A stretch of 63,236 nucleotides of DNA, the filler included. It is 4 parts of 4 records of this genome, joined end to end, with 100 filler letters (N's around TTAATTAATTAA, not from the genome) between each part and the next. Parts side by side here need not be neighbours in the genome. Positions count along the whole stretch, not along the records: positions 1 to 12,976 come from SRR2962707_4241; 3 more parts are not named here. The stretch is one strand, 5' to 3'. Both the position numbers and the translations under genes were made by a program. Within the stretch, counting starts at the first letter, position 1. Each line of letters starts with the position of its first letter. Of the stretch, positions 1-10,365 are shown piece by piece. The notes under the pieces are model-generated. The model made no database searches. It was not told the DNA's origin and was given only the letters and a program-made list of their open reading frames with translations.

Positions 1-1566
1 GAGCTGGATCGGGGTCAGCGGGTTCTTGATTTCGTGCGCAATGCGACGGGCGACATCGGCCCACGCGGCTTTGCGCTGGGCGGAGAGCAATTCCGTCACA
101 TCATCAAACGTCACCACATATCCGATAACGGTACCGTCCAGCTTTTCTGCGGCAACGCGCACCAGCAGTGTTTTTTGTCCATCCTTTTGACGGATCGATA
201 CCTCTGCCTGCTGAAGTCGGTCGTTACGGGCCTTGGACTGGTTTAGCAGTTCATTCAGTTCCGGTGCCACGTCCTCCAGTTTCTTGCCGATGTGTTCCTC
301 CAGATTCAAGTCGAGCAGGATGGAGGCGGATCGGTTCGGCAAATTGATTCTGGTGTCGGCATCCAGACCGATGACACCGGCAGACACACCGGAAAGCACG
401 GTTTCCGTGAACTGGCGCCGCTCATCCAGTTCAATGTTTGCGGCGATCAATCCCTGTTGCTGTGAATCGATTCTGACCGTCATGTTGTTGAAGGCATGGC
501 TGAGGACGGCAATTTCATCCTTGGCATCTGTGGCATTGACCCGGGCCGACAGATCCCCTTTCGATACTTTTTCGGCAGCGCCGATCAGGTTGATGATCGG
601 TTCTGCTAACTGTGCCGACACTGTCATGCCAGTCCAAATGGCGGCCAGAATCAGAATGAACACGGCAATGGTATAAATCAGCACAAAGCTGATCTGAACG
701 CCGCTTCGGGTGCTTTCGAGCTGTTTGTATTCTTCAAACGCCTGACGGATGGCCGAAATATGTTGCAGCACCCGTGGATCAACAAATCGTTCGACCAGCA
801 GGTAAGCATCGACAAACCGGTTGAGTTTGACCAGAGCCCGGACCTTGTCGACTTTTTCCGATCCCAGGATGGCGACCTCGCCCTTGTCAGCATTTTCGAA
901 GGCAGACGCCGGAATTTCTTCGATCACCGTCGACAATGCGAAGTCGGAACGCGCCATGGCGTTTCCAAGCCGGTCGATGACAACCGCTTCCGGTAGTTCA
1001 CGGAGCGTCGCATTCGCTGTCAGTATCCGGTTGAATTCCCAGGGGTTGCGGATCATCGTCGGGGCATTCTGGTTGAGAACATATGCCACGCTGTAGGCCT
1101 GGTTTGCGATGTTTTCGCGGTGCTCTTTAAGATAGGCATCCGTCACTCCGACAGATTCCCTGAGCGCGCCTGAGACGCGATCGTTGAACCAGGCTTCGAG
1201 ACCGAAACTCAAAAACAGATACGAGAAGACCGCGACCAGCAGCGCCGGCATGACAGCGATCAGGGCAAACAGCATAACGAGGCGGCCCTGCAAACCGGCC
1301 CCGGCGCTTCCCTTGTGCCGCGCAATCCACAAAGAGATAACCCGCTTGCCGACGACGATGGACAGCAAGAGAAGTAGGATGCCGTCGATCGTCAACAGCC
1401 AGCGCAATTCGTCGACACGCGCCCGTACCGCATTGGTATCCGTCATCAAGGCTACAGTTGCTATGCCGGAAGCAACTGCTGCCAGAGCCAGAAGAAAAGC
1501 AGACCGGCGTTGCAGCGAGCTGTTTGAAAGCCAACTGCGTAGTTTGCTGGTCGCCCCGCCGGTCAT
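1..1566 (-). CDS. ntrY: Nitrogen regulation sensor histidine kinase NtrY (3' end runs off the window)
   Basis: Manual translation from ATG 1566, which overlaps the ntrC stop (ATGA): [13 protein letters not shown]...[40 protein letters not shown], a typical NtrY N-terminal TM region. Canonical position after ntrC. Absent from the ORF track, consistent with no stop inside the window. Confidence 0.9.
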   Translation of the reverse strand, partial: MTGGATSKLRSWLSNSSLQRRSAFLLALAAVASGIATVALMTDTNAVRARVDELRWLLTIDGILLLLLSIVVGKRVISLWIARHKGSAGAGLQGRLVMLFALIAVMPALLVAVFSYLFLSFGLEAWFNDRVSGALRESVGVTDAYLKEHRENIANQAYSVAYVLNQNAPTMIRNPWEFNRILTANATLRELPEAVVIDRLGNAMARSDFALSTVIEEIPASAFENADKGEVAILGSEKVDKVRALVKLNRFVDAYLLVERFVDPRVLQHISAIRQAFEEYKQLESTRSGVQISFVLIYTIAVFILILAAIWTGMTVSAQLAEPIINLIGAAEKVSKGDLSARVNATDAKDEIAVLSHAFNNMTVRIDSQQQGLIAANIELDERRQFTETVLSGVSAGVIGLDADTRINLPNRSASILLDLNLEEHIGKKLEDVAPELNELLNQSKARNDRLQQAEVSIRQKDGQKTLLVRVAAEKLDGTVIGYVVTFDDVTELLSAQRKAAWADVARRIAHEIKNPLTPIQL

Positions 1567-3017
1567 TCCGACCCCTTGATAATCGGTATACCCAGTTCGC
1601 GGATTTTCTTGCGGAGTGTGTTTCTGTTCAGACCAAGAACTTCCGATGCCTTGACCTGATTACCCCGTGTCACCTGCAGGGTCTGCATGATCAAGGGACG
1701 TTCGACTTCCCTGAGGACGCGGCCATAAAGGCCGGCCGCCGGCAATGCTCCGTCGTGCGCGTTGAAATAGGTTTTCATGTGCGCATCCACGGCATCCGCA
1801 AGACCACCGCTTTGCGTGACCGCCTGGTCGGTTTGTCCGGGGCCGTCATTCAGTTCGGTCCTGATGATCTCGGCATCGATTACTTCTTCGGAATACAGGG
1901 CAGCAAGCCGCTGCATCATGTTTTCCAACTCTCGTACGTTGCCGGGCCAGGCATGCTTCTGCAGAAGATCAAGGGCATCCGGCTCGATGATCTTCCACGG
2001 CAAACCTTCGTTGGCCGCCCTGCCCAGAAAATGCCGGACAAGCTCGGGAATGTCTTCGGTACGTTCGCGCAGCGGCGGGAGCCGGATCGGCACGACGTTG
2101 AGCCTGAAGTACAAATCTTCGCGGAACAGTCCACGGCGAATCAGGCGTTTGAGATCATGGTGGGTTGCAGCGATGACGCGGACATTCGATTGAATGGCGG
2201 TACGTCCGCCCACGGTGGTGTATTCGCCTTCCTGCAAAACGCGCAGTAGACGGGTTTGCGCCTCCATCGGCATATCACCGATTTCGTCCAGAAACAGCGT
2301 GCCGCCATTGGCTTGTTCAAAGCGCCCGGTGGTGCGATTGACGGCGCCCGTAAAGGAGCCTTTTTCATGGCCGAACAGTTCGCTTTCAATCAGATCACGC
2401 GGTATCGCTGCAACATTCACGGCAACGAAGGGTTTGCCTTTCCGCTTGCCGTAGTCATGAAGCGCACGGGCGACGAGTTCCTTACCGGTGCCGGACTCTC
2501 CTGTGATCATCACCGTGAGGTCGGTCGCCATCAGCCGCGCCAGTGTACGATAAATTTCCTGCATGGCGGGTGAACGGCCAATCAGCGGCAGGGCTTCTTC
2601 GACTTCTTCCTTGGTGGTCCGGTTGCCGGACAGGCCATGATCCTTGGACTTGGCTTCCAGGCCACGTTTCACAACCGAGACCAGTTCCTTGAGATCGAAC
2701 GGTTTGGGCAGATATTCGAAAGCCCCCCGCTCCGTCGCCTTGACGGCTGTCAGCAGCGTGTTCTGTGCGCTCATCACGACAATCCGCAGGTTCGGACGGA
2801 TACGCCGGATTCTGGGGACCAGATCGAGACCGTTTTCGTCCGGCATGACGACATCGGTGATCACCAGATCGCCGTCGCCGTTTTCGACCCACTGCCAGAG
2901 CGTTGATGCATTCCCGGTCGAACGCACCTCGTAACCGGCACGCGACAGCGCCTGGGTCACAACGGTACGGATACTGTCATCGTCGTCTGCGACAAGGATC
3001 GTGGCATTCTCAGACAT
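1563..3017 (-). CDS. ntrC: Nitrogen regulation protein NR(I), sigma54-dependent response regulator
   Basis: REC domain, Walker [24 protein letters not shown], Fis-type HTH ([15 protein letters not shown]); downstream of ntrB. Confidence 0.97.
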   Translation of the reverse strand: MSENATILVADDDDSIRTVVTQALSRAGYEVRSTGNASTLWQWVENGDGDLVITDVVMPDENGLDLVPRIRRIRPNLRIVVMSAQNTLLTAVKATERGAFEYLPKPFDLKELVSVVKRGLEAKSKDHGLSGNRTTKEEVEEALPLIGRSPAMQEIYRTLARLMATDLTVMITGESGTGKELVARALHDYGKRKGKPFVAVNVAAIPRDLIESELFGHEKGSFTGAVNRTTGRFEQANGGTLFLDEIGDMPMEAQTRLLRVLQEGEYTTVGGRTAIQSNVRVIAATHHDLKRLIRRGLFREDLYFRLNVVPIRLPPLRERTEDIPELVRHFLGRAANEGLPWKIIEPDALDLLQKHAWPGNVRELENMMQRLAALYSEEVIDAEIIRTELNDGPGQTDQAVTQSGGLADAVDAHMKTYFNAHDGALPAAGLYGRVLREVERPLIMQTLQVTRGNQVKASEVLGLNRNTLRKKIRELGIPIIKGSE

Positions 3018-4131
3018 CTTGTTCCCCCGCTTTGAACATCGGCAGCATGATCCGGAAGACGGTCCGCCCCGGAATACTGTCGAATTCGATCACGCCGCCA
3101 TGGTCGCCGATGATCTTGGCGACAAGCGCCAGACCCAAACCACTGCCCTTCGGCTTGGTGGTCACAAATGCGTCGAACATGTAGCGCTTCATGTCGTCCG
3201 GTATGCCCGGACCGTTATCGCGCACCCAGACCGTCAACGGCAGGTGCACTCTGTTATCAAGTCCCGGCAATGCAAAACGCACGCCCTGGCTATAGGCCGA
3301 CCCCAGCGTGATTTCCCCACCGACACTGCCGACAGCTTCAGCGGCATTCTTCACCAGATTGAGGAAGACCTGCACGAGCTGATCATGGTTACCCCAGACC
3401 GGCGGCAAGGATGGGTCGAACTGGTTGTGAAAACGAACGTGGGAACCGAAACCCGTTTCCGCGAGCCGTTGTACCCGGTCCAGCACCTTGTGAATATTGA
3501 CGGCCTCGCGCTGCAGCGGCACACGATCTGAAAAGACTTCCATCCGGTCGACCAGGCCGACGATACGGTCTGCCTCGTCGCAGATCAGCGTGGTCAGTTT
3601 TTTGTCTTCTTCATTCGCTCCCTGCTCGAGCAATTGTGCGGCACCGCGAATGCCGCTCAACGGGTTCTTGACCTCGTGGGCCAGCATGGCCGCCATGGCG
3701 GTCACGGAACGCGCGGCCCCCATGTGGTTGAGCTGGTGATTGATCTTTTCGGCAATCGACCGAAGTTGAATGACAATGGCGACGGCGCCAGGATCTTCCG
3801 GAATGCAGGAGACCTGTACATCTACGGCATGAGAGCCGATACGCGGGCTTTCCAATGTGACATCGTATTCGGCTACGACACTGCGGAACCGGCGTGCCTG
3901 GTTGACGAGCGCGAGGATCGGGCTGTCAGCCGGCATCAGATGATCGAGGGATTGCCCCTGCAGATAGGAGGCGCTGCCCCTGAACAGCTGTTCTGCGGCC
4001 TGATTGACACGGCAAATACGATTTTCGGCGTCAACGACGACCACAGTGCTGGCCAATGAGTTCAATACCGCATCCGCATCGATATCGATGCGGGCTGATT
4101 TTTCTGCCACCGAGGCGCTCTGGTCTGCCAT
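3010..4131 (-). CDS. ntrB: Nitrogen regulation histidine kinase NtrB
   Basis: PAS, H-box [19 protein letters not shown], HATPase N/G boxes (NLVKNA, DNGPGI, GSGLGL). Start set at ATG 4131, just after the dusB stop; the ORF track extends to 4173. Confidence 0.95.
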   Translation of the reverse strand: MADQSASVAEKSARIDIDADAVLNSLASTVVVVDAENRICRVNQAAEQLFRGSASYLQGQSLDHLMPADSPILALVNQARRFRSVVAEYDVTLESPRIGSHAVDVQVSCIPEDPGAVAIVIQLRSIAEKINHQLNHMGAARSVTAMAAMLAHEVKNPLSGIRGAAQLLEQGANEEDKKLTTLICDEADRIVGLVDRMEVFSDRVPLQREAVNIHKVLDRVQRLAETGFGSHVRFHNQFDPSLPPVWGNHDQLVQVFLNLVKNAAEAVGSVGGEITLGSAYSQGVRFALPGLDNRVHLPLTVWVRDNGPGIPDDMKRYMFDAFVTTKPKGSGLGLALVAKIIGDHGGVIEFDSIPGRTVFRIMLPMFKAGEQDV

Positions 4132-4132
4132 T

Positions 4133-5131
4133 TCAGGCTGCAAGCTGTTCGAGATTGGCGGTGTAGAAATCACGGATCTGTGCCGAAACTTCGGCGGGTT
4201 CGGTCATCTGATTGATTTTTGAACGGAAATCAGCAGAATCCCGCAAGCCCTTGGAATACCAGCCAATATGCTTTCTGGCGATGCGCACGCCGGCGTTAAC
4301 CCCGTAATGGGTGAGAATATCATCATAGTGCGTCAGTACCGTCTCCAGCTGATCTTCAAGCGCCGGTTCGGGCACGATGCCACCGTTATCCAGATAGTGC
4401 TGTACCTGTCCCGGAAACCATGGGCGGCCATAGGTGCCCCGCCCGATCAGGATGCCGTCTGCACCGGACTGGGCCAGCGCCTGCGTCGCATCTTCGACAG
4501 TATTGATATCGCCATTGGCAAAGACCGGGATCGAGACGGCTTCCTTGACGCCACGGATAAAGCTCCAGTCGGCATGTCCCTTGTAAAACTGGCAACGGGT
4601 GCGGCCATGCACGGCGAGCGCCTGAATGCCGCAGTCTTCGGCAATACGGGCAAGTTCGGGAGCATTGCGGGAATTGTCGTCCCAGCCTGTACGCATCTTC
4701 AGTGTGACCGGAATGCTGACGGCCTTCACGGTGGCTTCCAGTAGCTTTCCGGCATGGACCAGATCACGCATCAGGGCCGACCCGGCATCCCCGTTGGTGA
4801 CTTTCTTGACCGGGCAACCCATGTTGATGTCGATTAGCGCCGCACCTCGAGCTTCGTTCAGGCGCGCAGCTTCAGCCATAACGTCAGGTTCACAGCCAGC
4901 GAGCTGCACCGACATCGGGTGTTCCTCGGCACAGTGAGTCGCCATTTTCATGGTTTTTTTGGCCGCATGGATCATCGCCTTGGATGCGATCATCTCGGTC
5001 ACCACAAGGCCGACGCCCCAACGCTTGACGAGACGCCGGAACGGCATATCAGTCACACCGGACATCGGCGCCAGAACAACCTGTCCGTCCAGTTCGACCG
5101 GACCGATCTTGATGGGTTTTAATTGTGTCAC
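4133..5131 (-). CDS. dusB: tRNA-dihydrouridine synthase B (nifR3 family)
   Basis: [25 protein letters not shown] motifs; GTG start preceded by GGAGGG; classic nifR3-ntrBC operon. Confidence 0.95.
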   Translation of the reverse strand: MTQLKPIKIGPVELDGQVVLAPMSGVTDMPFRRLVKRWGVGLVVTEMIASKAMIHAAKKTMKMATHCAEEHPMSVQLAGCEPDVMAEAARLNEARGAALIDINMGCPVKKVTNGDAGSALMRDLVHAGKLLEATVKAVSIPVTLKMRTGWDDNSRNAPELARIAEDCGIQALAVHGRTRCQFYKGHADWSFIRGVKEAVSIPVFANGDINTVEDATQALAQSGADGILIGRGTYGRPWFPGQVQHYLDNGGIVPEPALEDQLETVLTHYDDILTHYGVNAGVRIARKHIGWYSKGLRDSADFRSKINQMTEPAEVSAQIRDFYTANLEQLAA

Positions 5132-5149
5132 AGAGCACCCCTCCGAATT

Positions 5150-5166
5150 TGCACACAAATTAGGCA
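5150..5166. promoter_or_regulatory. Putative NtrC-binding site upstream of dusB-ntrBC
   Basis: TGCACACAAATTAGGCA fits TGCAC-N7-GTGCA / GC-N7-T-N3-GC, about 20 nt upstream of the dusB start. Confidence 0.55.
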
Positions 5167-5203
5167 AATTCCATAAAGATGCAATGTTTTTTAAGTGTAT
5201 GTT

Positions 5204-6004
5204 TCAGCCAAGCAGAACATCTGTGACAAATTTAACGCCGGGATAGCCGAGGGTGAGCAGAAGATAGGCTAAAAGCACGATTCTCGCGGCTTTTCGGCCC
5301 CTCAAACCATGTCTCGCCTGCGCGAAAAGTACGATCCCGATGATGACGAAACTTGCAATCGTAAAGACGGTTTTATGATCTGCGCTCAGCATGGGCTGAT
5401 CATCAAAAGTATTCAGGATGATCCCTGTTGCAAGGCCAAGGCCCAATACGGCCTCGCCGATTGCGAGGAAGCGGATAACCAGACGGTCGCAATCCGTGAT
5501 GGACGGTAAAGCACCGCCCAGTGGCGCCCTATCCTTTCGCTTCAAGGCGCGTTCTTGAAGAAATGCAGCCAATGCAGCAACTGCGGCCAGTGTTGCGAGC
5601 CCATAGGTGGTCACAGCCAGCGCAATATGGAGGCCCAGCAGGCCGGTGTTTGCCGGCTGGGTCAGTGGCTCATCCGGTGCGTGCTGCCAGGCAAAACCTA
5701 CGAGCGACAGCAAAAGCATGTAGGCGCTCAGGAGGGGCGCCAGTTGCCAGACGTTTCTGACGCTTGCTGAGAAAATCAGGAACAGAGCCATCGTGGACGC
5801 GATGGTCACCCAGATTGATGTTGAAAAATCCGCCTGCCAGGCATCATGGGAATGAGCGAAGACGGCACTCGCAGGGCCGATGCAGGCAAGCGTGATCACC
5901 GCCCAGAATGCAGCGTTGCGACGAAATGGCGTGCGCCACGTCAGGGCCGTTGCGGGCACCAGGGCGGCAATCGCGGTCAGTCCGAATAAAATACCGGTTT
6001 GCAT
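5204..6004 (-). CDS. Cytochrome c assembly family inner-membrane protein (CcsA/YpjD-like)
   Basis: About 8 hydrophobic segments; LHIALAVTTY, FLQERALK, LPSITDCDRL, DHKTVFT and LLTLGYPGVKFV motifs. Confidence 0.8.
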   Translation of the reverse strand: MQTGILFGLTAIAALVPATALTWRTPFRRNAAFWAVITLACIGPASAVFAHSHDAWQADFSTSIWVTIASTMALFLIFSASVRNVWQLAPLLSAYMLLLSLVGFAWQHAPDEPLTQPANTGLLGLHIALAVTTYGLATLAAVAALAAFLQERALKRKDRAPLGGALPSITDCDRLVIRFLAIGEAVLGLGLATGIILNTFDDQPMLSADHKTVFTIASFVIIGIVLFAQARHGLRGRKAARIVLLAYLLLTLGYPGVKFVTDVLLG

Positions 6005-6127
6005 GCTGCACCATCGCGCTGGACCCGGCTTTTGGCAAGGGGCAGCATGCACACTTTACTTGGCAATGATGGTCCCGACGGGTAAAGCTCTTGGCCTTGA
6101 GAACCAAGGGAATATTCGGAGCATCTT

Positions 6128-7324
6128 ATGCCGGGAACGGCGGTTATCATCGTGGCGGCCGGACGAGGTCACAGGTTCGGCACGGAAATGCCGAAACAGT
6201 TTCTGCATGTTCGGGGCAAGCCGCTGATCCGGCATGCTGCCGAAGCGTTTTTGTCGCATCCCGGTATCGACATGGTATTGCCCGTCATTCATCCGGACGA
6301 TGCAGGGATCGTCGCCGATGCCCTGAAGGGGCTGGATACTCTCCCGGTGGCGGTCGGCGGTGCTGAAAGGCAGGATTCCGTTCGGAACGGGCTTGCTGCC
6401 CTCTCCGAGCATTACCCCGAGCGTGTCCTTGTACATGATGCAGCTCGCCCCCGGGTTACTCGAAACCTCATAGACGATGTTCTGGCGGCACTAGAGGAAT
6501 ATAAGGGGGTAATCCCCGGTGTGGCAGTTGTCGACACCCTGAAACGCACGGATTCAGATGGAATTATCGTCGATACCGTCCCGCGTGATGGATTATGGCG
6601 TGCACAGACACCTCAAGGTTTCAGTTTTCCAATCCTCTATGCTGCCCATCAGTCTGCGGCCGGTCAGGCGCTGACCGATGATGCCGCCGTGATGGAAGCG
6701 GCTGGCCATGAGGTGGCGATGGTGCCGGGAGATGAGGGAAATATAAAAGTGACAACGCCTGCCGATCTTAAACGAATGGAGCAGATCATGACGGACGACG
6801 GTGGGTCGAATTCCGGAACTGCAAATGTGGGCATGGCGCTTCCATTGATGAGGATCGGCAGCGGGTACGATGTTCACCGGCTTGGTCCCGGGGATCACGT
6901 CACGCTGTGTGGCATCGAAATTGCTCATGATCAGGCCCTGATCGGACATTCGGATGCAGACGTCGCGTTGCATGCTTTATGTGATGCAATCTTTGGTGCC
7001 CTTGGCGATGGTGATATTGGTAGCCATTTCCCACCGAGTGATGAGAAGTGGCGGGGCGCACCATCCGACCGGTTCGTTGAATATGCCTGTGAACGAATGA
7101 GGACACGCGGTTTTGAACTGCAAAACCTGGACCTGACGATAATATGTGAACGCCCGAAAATCGGGCCGCACCGCGATGCCATGCGTGAACGGGTGGCGCA
7201 GATAGCTGGGATCGACGTCTCATGTGTCTCGGTCAAGGCAACGACGACAGAAAGATTGGGGTTTACCGGGAGAGGTGAAGGCATAGCAGCTGAAGCGTCG
7301 GTTCTGATCGCCTCAAGCTCTTGA
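6128..7324 (+). CDS. ispDF: Bifunctional MEP cytidylyltransferase / MEcPP synthase
   Basis: IspD motifs [27 protein letters not shown] fused to IspF motifs [40 protein letters not shown]. Confidence 0.97.
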   Translation: MPGTAVIIVAAGRGHRFGTEMPKQFLHVRGKPLIRHAAEAFLSHPGIDMVLPVIHPDDAGIVADALKGLDTLPVAVGGAERQDSVRNGLAALSEHYPERVLVHDAARPRVTRNLIDDVLAALEEYKGVIPGVAVVDTLKRTDSDGIIVDTVPRDGLWRAQTPQGFSFPILYAAHQSAAGQALTDDAAVMEAAGHEVAMVPGDEGNIKVTTPADLKRMEQIMTDDGGSNSGTANVGMALPLMRIGSGYDVHRLGPGDHVTLCGIEIAHDQALIGHSDADVALHALCDAIFGALGDGDIGSHFPPSDEKWRGAPSDRFVEYACERMRTRGFELQNLDLTIICERPKIGPHRDAMRERVAQIAGIDVSCVSVKATTTERLGFTGRGEGIAAEASVLIASSS

Positions 7325-7435
7325 AAATGAATTTGATCTTTTGCTGCGTTGACCCTATGGCCGGATCGTTTACATTTTTATGATAAATATTGGGATAGGT
7401 CGGCATAGAAGCGCCCTAAGGGAATATTTCAGGGA

Positions 7436-8365
7436 ATGATAGAGCGGAACACCTTTGACCAGGTTGATGTGTTGTTGGTCGATACCGACCTCAACGCCCG
7501 TCAGGGTGTCCGGACCATTCTGTCCAACAACGGGTTTTCAGGCGTGACCCTAGGCACCGATCTGGCGCGTGTCCGTGATGCCGTCACCACCCGAATGCCT
7601 GATCTGTTGCTGTGTGGTACCGAATTCCCAGATGGCAAGGTGACGGATTTGATCCGTGACATCCGTCAAAACCGTATCGGCAACAATCCGTTTATGCCGA
7701 TCATCGTCCTATTGGGGGAGCCGACCCCGGCTATGGTCACGGAAGTCATCCGATCAGGTGCCGATGATGTGGTGATGAAGCCTGTCTCCACCAAGGCCCT
7801 ACTCGACCGTATTTATTTGCAGGTTCACAAACGCAAGCCGTATATCGTCAACGATGAATACCTCGGTCCGGCGCGCAAAGGCGACGATGTTTCGCGGGCC
7901 ATCGATCCGCCGAACCCGCTTCATGCGAAAGCGACCGGCGGCCAGGTCCGGTTTCATGAAATCGAACGCGCCATAGACAATGCGTTGCTGGAAGTCCGTA
8001 ACCGCAAGCTCGAGAACATGGGTCCGGAAATCGCAGCCCTTGTCGGACGTGTTGTCCCGATGATCGACAATAAACCGAAGGTCAGCCAAACGGCTGTCGG
8101 CGGGTTACAGATGCTGATCGAAATGAACAGTGATCTGATCGGACGTCTCAGCGGCACCAAGTACGATCATGTCTCGGAACTTTGCAAAGCCATGGTCGCG
8201 GTAGCTCAACGGCTCTGCAAAAACGCCGACCAACCGCCCGACCTGACCCAGGTCAAACTTCTGAAACCGCTGTCCCAGGCTATCCAGGCCGGCTTTGCCG
8301 GTGGGATCAATTCCGCGGATGCAGCGCGTCAGATCGTCCAGCGCATCGGCGTCAAATTCGATTAA
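7436..8365 (+). CDS. Response-regulator-like protein with degenerate (pseudo-)receiver domain and helical C-terminal domain
   Basis: REC pattern VLLVD...PDLLLCG...PIIVLLG...GADDVVMKP; the phosphoacceptor position appears to be Gly. Confidence 0.75.
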   Translation: MIERNTFDQVDVLLVDTDLNARQGVRTILSNNGFSGVTLGTDLARVRDAVTTRMPDLLLCGTEFPDGKVTDLIRDIRQNRIGNNPFMPIIVLLGEPTPAMVTEVIRSGADDVVMKPVSTKALLDRIYLQVHKRKPYIVNDEYLGPARKGDDVSRAIDPPNPLHAKATGGQVRFHEIERAIDNALLEVRNRKLENMGPEIAALVGRVVPMIDNKPKVSQTAVGGLQMLIEMNSDLIGRLSGTKYDHVSELCKAMVAVAQRLCKNADQPPDLTQVKLLKPLSQAIQAGFAGGINSADAARQIVQRIGVKFD

Positions 8366-8700
8366 CTTTCCTCGCGCGTTTCCGCTGCGATCCAGTCGAT
8401 AAACTGCGTATTACCGCCGACGATAGGCAAGGCGACAACGCAGGGGCAGTCATACGAATGTTCAAGTTTCACCAGATCCGTTGCCGCATCGATCAGTGAC
8501 CTTTCCGTCTTGGCGATCAGCAGTGCTTCACCCTCTTCCTGCACTGCCCCTTCCCAGCGAAAGATCGAGGTCAGTCCATCGATGACATTGGCACATGCGG
8601 CCAGGTTCTCGTCGACAAGCGAGCGGCCGATGGCGATCCCCTCTTCGCGTGTCGGAACCGTGATATAGAGTACGACCGTGTCTGCCATTTGAATCTCCAT
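8362..8700 (-). CDS. cutA: Divalent-cation tolerance protein CutA
   Basis: LAACANV, SIFRWEG, HSYDCP motifs; start may be 8688. Confidence 0.92.
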   Translation of the reverse strand: MEIQMADTVVLYITVPTREEGIAIGRSLVDENLAACANVIDGLTSIFRWEGAVQEEGEALLIAKTERSLIDAATDLVKLEHSYDCPCVVALPIVGGNTQFIDWIAAETREES

Positions 8701-8793
8701 CTTTGACGTCCGCGAAAACTAACGTACCATATCGCTCTGACCAAACGAACGGTGGCGATAAACAATCTGCCGCGTTTGGCGGGAGGTGGAGAG

Positions 8794-9111
8794 ATGAGCA
8801 ACGCAAAAATAAGCGTGTCAGATTCGGCTGGGGCCGAAACTGACAAAGAAGCCGTTAAGCGCGGCCCCCAGCCGAACCATACCCAACTGAAATGGCTGCA
8901 GCGCGGTCTTGAACAACCGGGCGGCAAACTGCCCCTGTTCGATCGTATCGGTCAGAAAGTCAGCGAGCAGACGGTGCGTAGCTGTATCCGTCATGGCTGG
9001 GCGGAACCCTGGTTCAACAACCCGATCAAACCGGACTGGCTGGTCTGCCGTCTGACGGACAGCGGCAGGTCCATCGCTTCGGACGCGCCGATGCTGCCGG
9101 ATGACGACTGA
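8794..9111 (+). CDS. Conserved hypothetical protein (alphaproteobacterial)
   Basis: RBS-like GGAGGTGGAG before the ATG; Trp-rich, protein-like sequence WLQRGLEQPGGKLPLFD...GWAEPWFNNPIKPDWLVCRLT. Confidence 0.7.
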   Translation: MSNAKISVSDSAGAETDKEAVKRGPQPNHTQLKWLQRGLEQPGGKLPLFDRIGQKVSEQTVRSCIRHGWAEPWFNNPIKPDWLVCRLTDSGRSIASDAPMLPDDD

Positions 9112-9129
9112 TCGTTTGCCTGTTCTGAT

Positions 9130-9471
9130 ATGAGCGAACCGACAGAGACCCGTTCTGCCCTAAAGTCCATATTGATCTGCATAAACAGGCGGTTTCATGG
9201 TGATCAGCCGTCATGTGCGCAACGGGGTGCAGAAGCCGTTGCCGACGCCATCGAAGCCGGCGTTGCGGCACGCAAGATCAACATCAGGGTTGAGCGCATC
9301 AAATGCCTTGGCCAGTGCATGAAAGGACCGACGGTCCGGTTCACGCCAGGCGGCCGGTTCAATCTGCATACGTTGCTTGATGATGTGCCGGCACTGCTGG
9401 ATGAGATGGAGCGTGAATGCGGCCTTAGGGATGAAGATACCGGGCCACCCCTTCATTTGCTGGGCAGCTGA
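9130..9471 (+). CDS. Thioredoxin-like [2Fe-2S] ferredoxin
   Basis: ICINRR..PSCAQRG...KCLGQCMKGP four-Cys pattern. Confidence 0.85.
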   Translation: MSEPTETRSALKSILICINRRFHGDQPSCAQRGAEAVADAIEAGVAARKINIRVERIKCLGQCMKGPTVRFTPGGRFNLHTLLDDVPALLDEMERECGLRDEDTGPPLHLLGS

Positions 9472-9507
9472 TAAAATAATCAGAAAAATTTTAGATAATT
9501 GGAAGCA

Positions 9508-9525
9508 CTGTGACGTGGGTCACAG
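9508..9525. promoter_or_regulatory. CRP-family binding palindrome
   Basis: CTGTGAC-GTGG-GTCACAG contains an exact TGTGA-N6-TCACA. Confidence 0.6.
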
Positions 9526-9557
9526 GCAGGCAACATAACGGCTGCCATGATTGATCT

Positions 9558-9644
9558 TGTAAGGATGGATTTCTTCACAGAATCCTCCCTTCCCTCAAGA
9601 GCACAAACTCTGGCCGGGCCGCAAGGCCCGGCCATTCTCTTTTC
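9558..9644 (+). ncRNA. Candidate small regulatory RNA with anti-SD motif
   Basis: -10-like CATGAT at 9546-9551, 5' hairpin, CCTCCCTTCCCTC at 9584-9596, and a strong terminator at the end. Confidence 0.5.
9611..9644 (+). terminator. Rho-independent terminator
   Basis: TGGCCGGGCC-GCAA-GGCCCGGCCA perfect 10-bp stem with a GNRA loop, followed by TTCTCTTTTC. Confidence 0.8.
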
Positions 9645-9717
9645 AAATGCAGGCGTTCTCTTGGGTAATAAAAGAATATTTGCCGTTCGGACAAGCTAGG
9701 CATTACAAATTGCTAAT

Positions 9718-10239
9718 ATGCATATTCTCGAAACCGCCGATACATGTGAAATCATAACTTCCAACACGCGTGTTGCGAGAGCCTTCCAAGCATCTTTGGA
9801 CATCTGGAATGAGTTGGGCAACGGTGCGGAGATGCCGATCTGGAAAGTCGACCATCTCATGGAATTTCCGACCGACCTGATTCCATATGCCAGCGTAATC
9901 AGACGCGATGTTGAAAGCAGCGACTACAGCTTCCTGTTCTGGGGGAGCAGTCGTACCGAGTTGATGAAATTTGACTACACTGGAAAGCAGCTCTCGGATC
10001 TTCGGCCAAGTATTTACGCGGATATCGTCAAAAGGGAAATCGACCAGGCTCTATTAGTTCATAAGCCGGTAAAATCCAGCATTCAGGTCCAGCTTGAAAA
10101 TGGCAATGTGACCCAGGTGAATAAAATTCGACTGCCGTTTTTCGATCAGAACGACGTTGCATCGATCGTTCTATCCCTCGACGATGTCACGCATTTTCAA
10201 AACCGTTTTTACCTGATGTCACACCGAAGCAGGGACTAA
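9718..10239 (+). CDS. Stand-alone PAS domain protein (PAS_5/DUF1457-like)
   Basis: Pattern W..L......P.W, FLFWGS, DYTGKQL, KIRLPF typical of these orphan PAS proteins. Confidence 0.65.
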   Translation: MHILETADTCEIITSNTRVARAFQASLDIWNELGNGAEMPIWKVDHLMEFPTDLIPYASVIRRDVESSDYSFLFWGSSRTELMKFDYTGKQLSDLRPSIYADIVKREIDQALLVHKPVKSSIQVQLENGNVTQVNKIRLPFFDQNDVASIVLSLDDVTHFQNRFYLMSHRSRD

Positions 10240-10288
10240 CCCCAAAGTCCATTGACATGGTTCGTGTAACGATCTGATTTGATGGAAA

Positions 10289-10365
10289 TGGTCGGGAAGA
10301 CAGGATTCGAACCTGCGACCCCTGCGCCCCCAGCACAGTGCTCTACCAGGCTGAGCTACTTCCCG
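10289..10365 (-). tRNA. tRNA-Pro(GGG)
   Basis: Reverse complement CGGGAAGTAGCTCAGCCTGGTAGAGCACTGTGCTGGGGGCGCAGGGGTCGCAGGTTCGAATCCTGTCTTCCCGACCA; 77 nt, GGG anticodon, encoded CCA. Confidence 0.97.

Noticed and set aside
9547-9699. 50-codon ORF (MIDLVRMDFFTESSLPS...) over the sRNA candidate
   Set aside because: No RBS, the start lies within the predicted -10 element, and it runs through a strong terminator; a non-coding reading fits better, though it is not excluded.
10299-10315. GACAGGATTCGAACCTG shared between tRNA-Pro and the tRNA fragment at 56881
   Set aside because: Generic T-arm similarity on different contigs with different acceptor stems; not an attL/attR pair.
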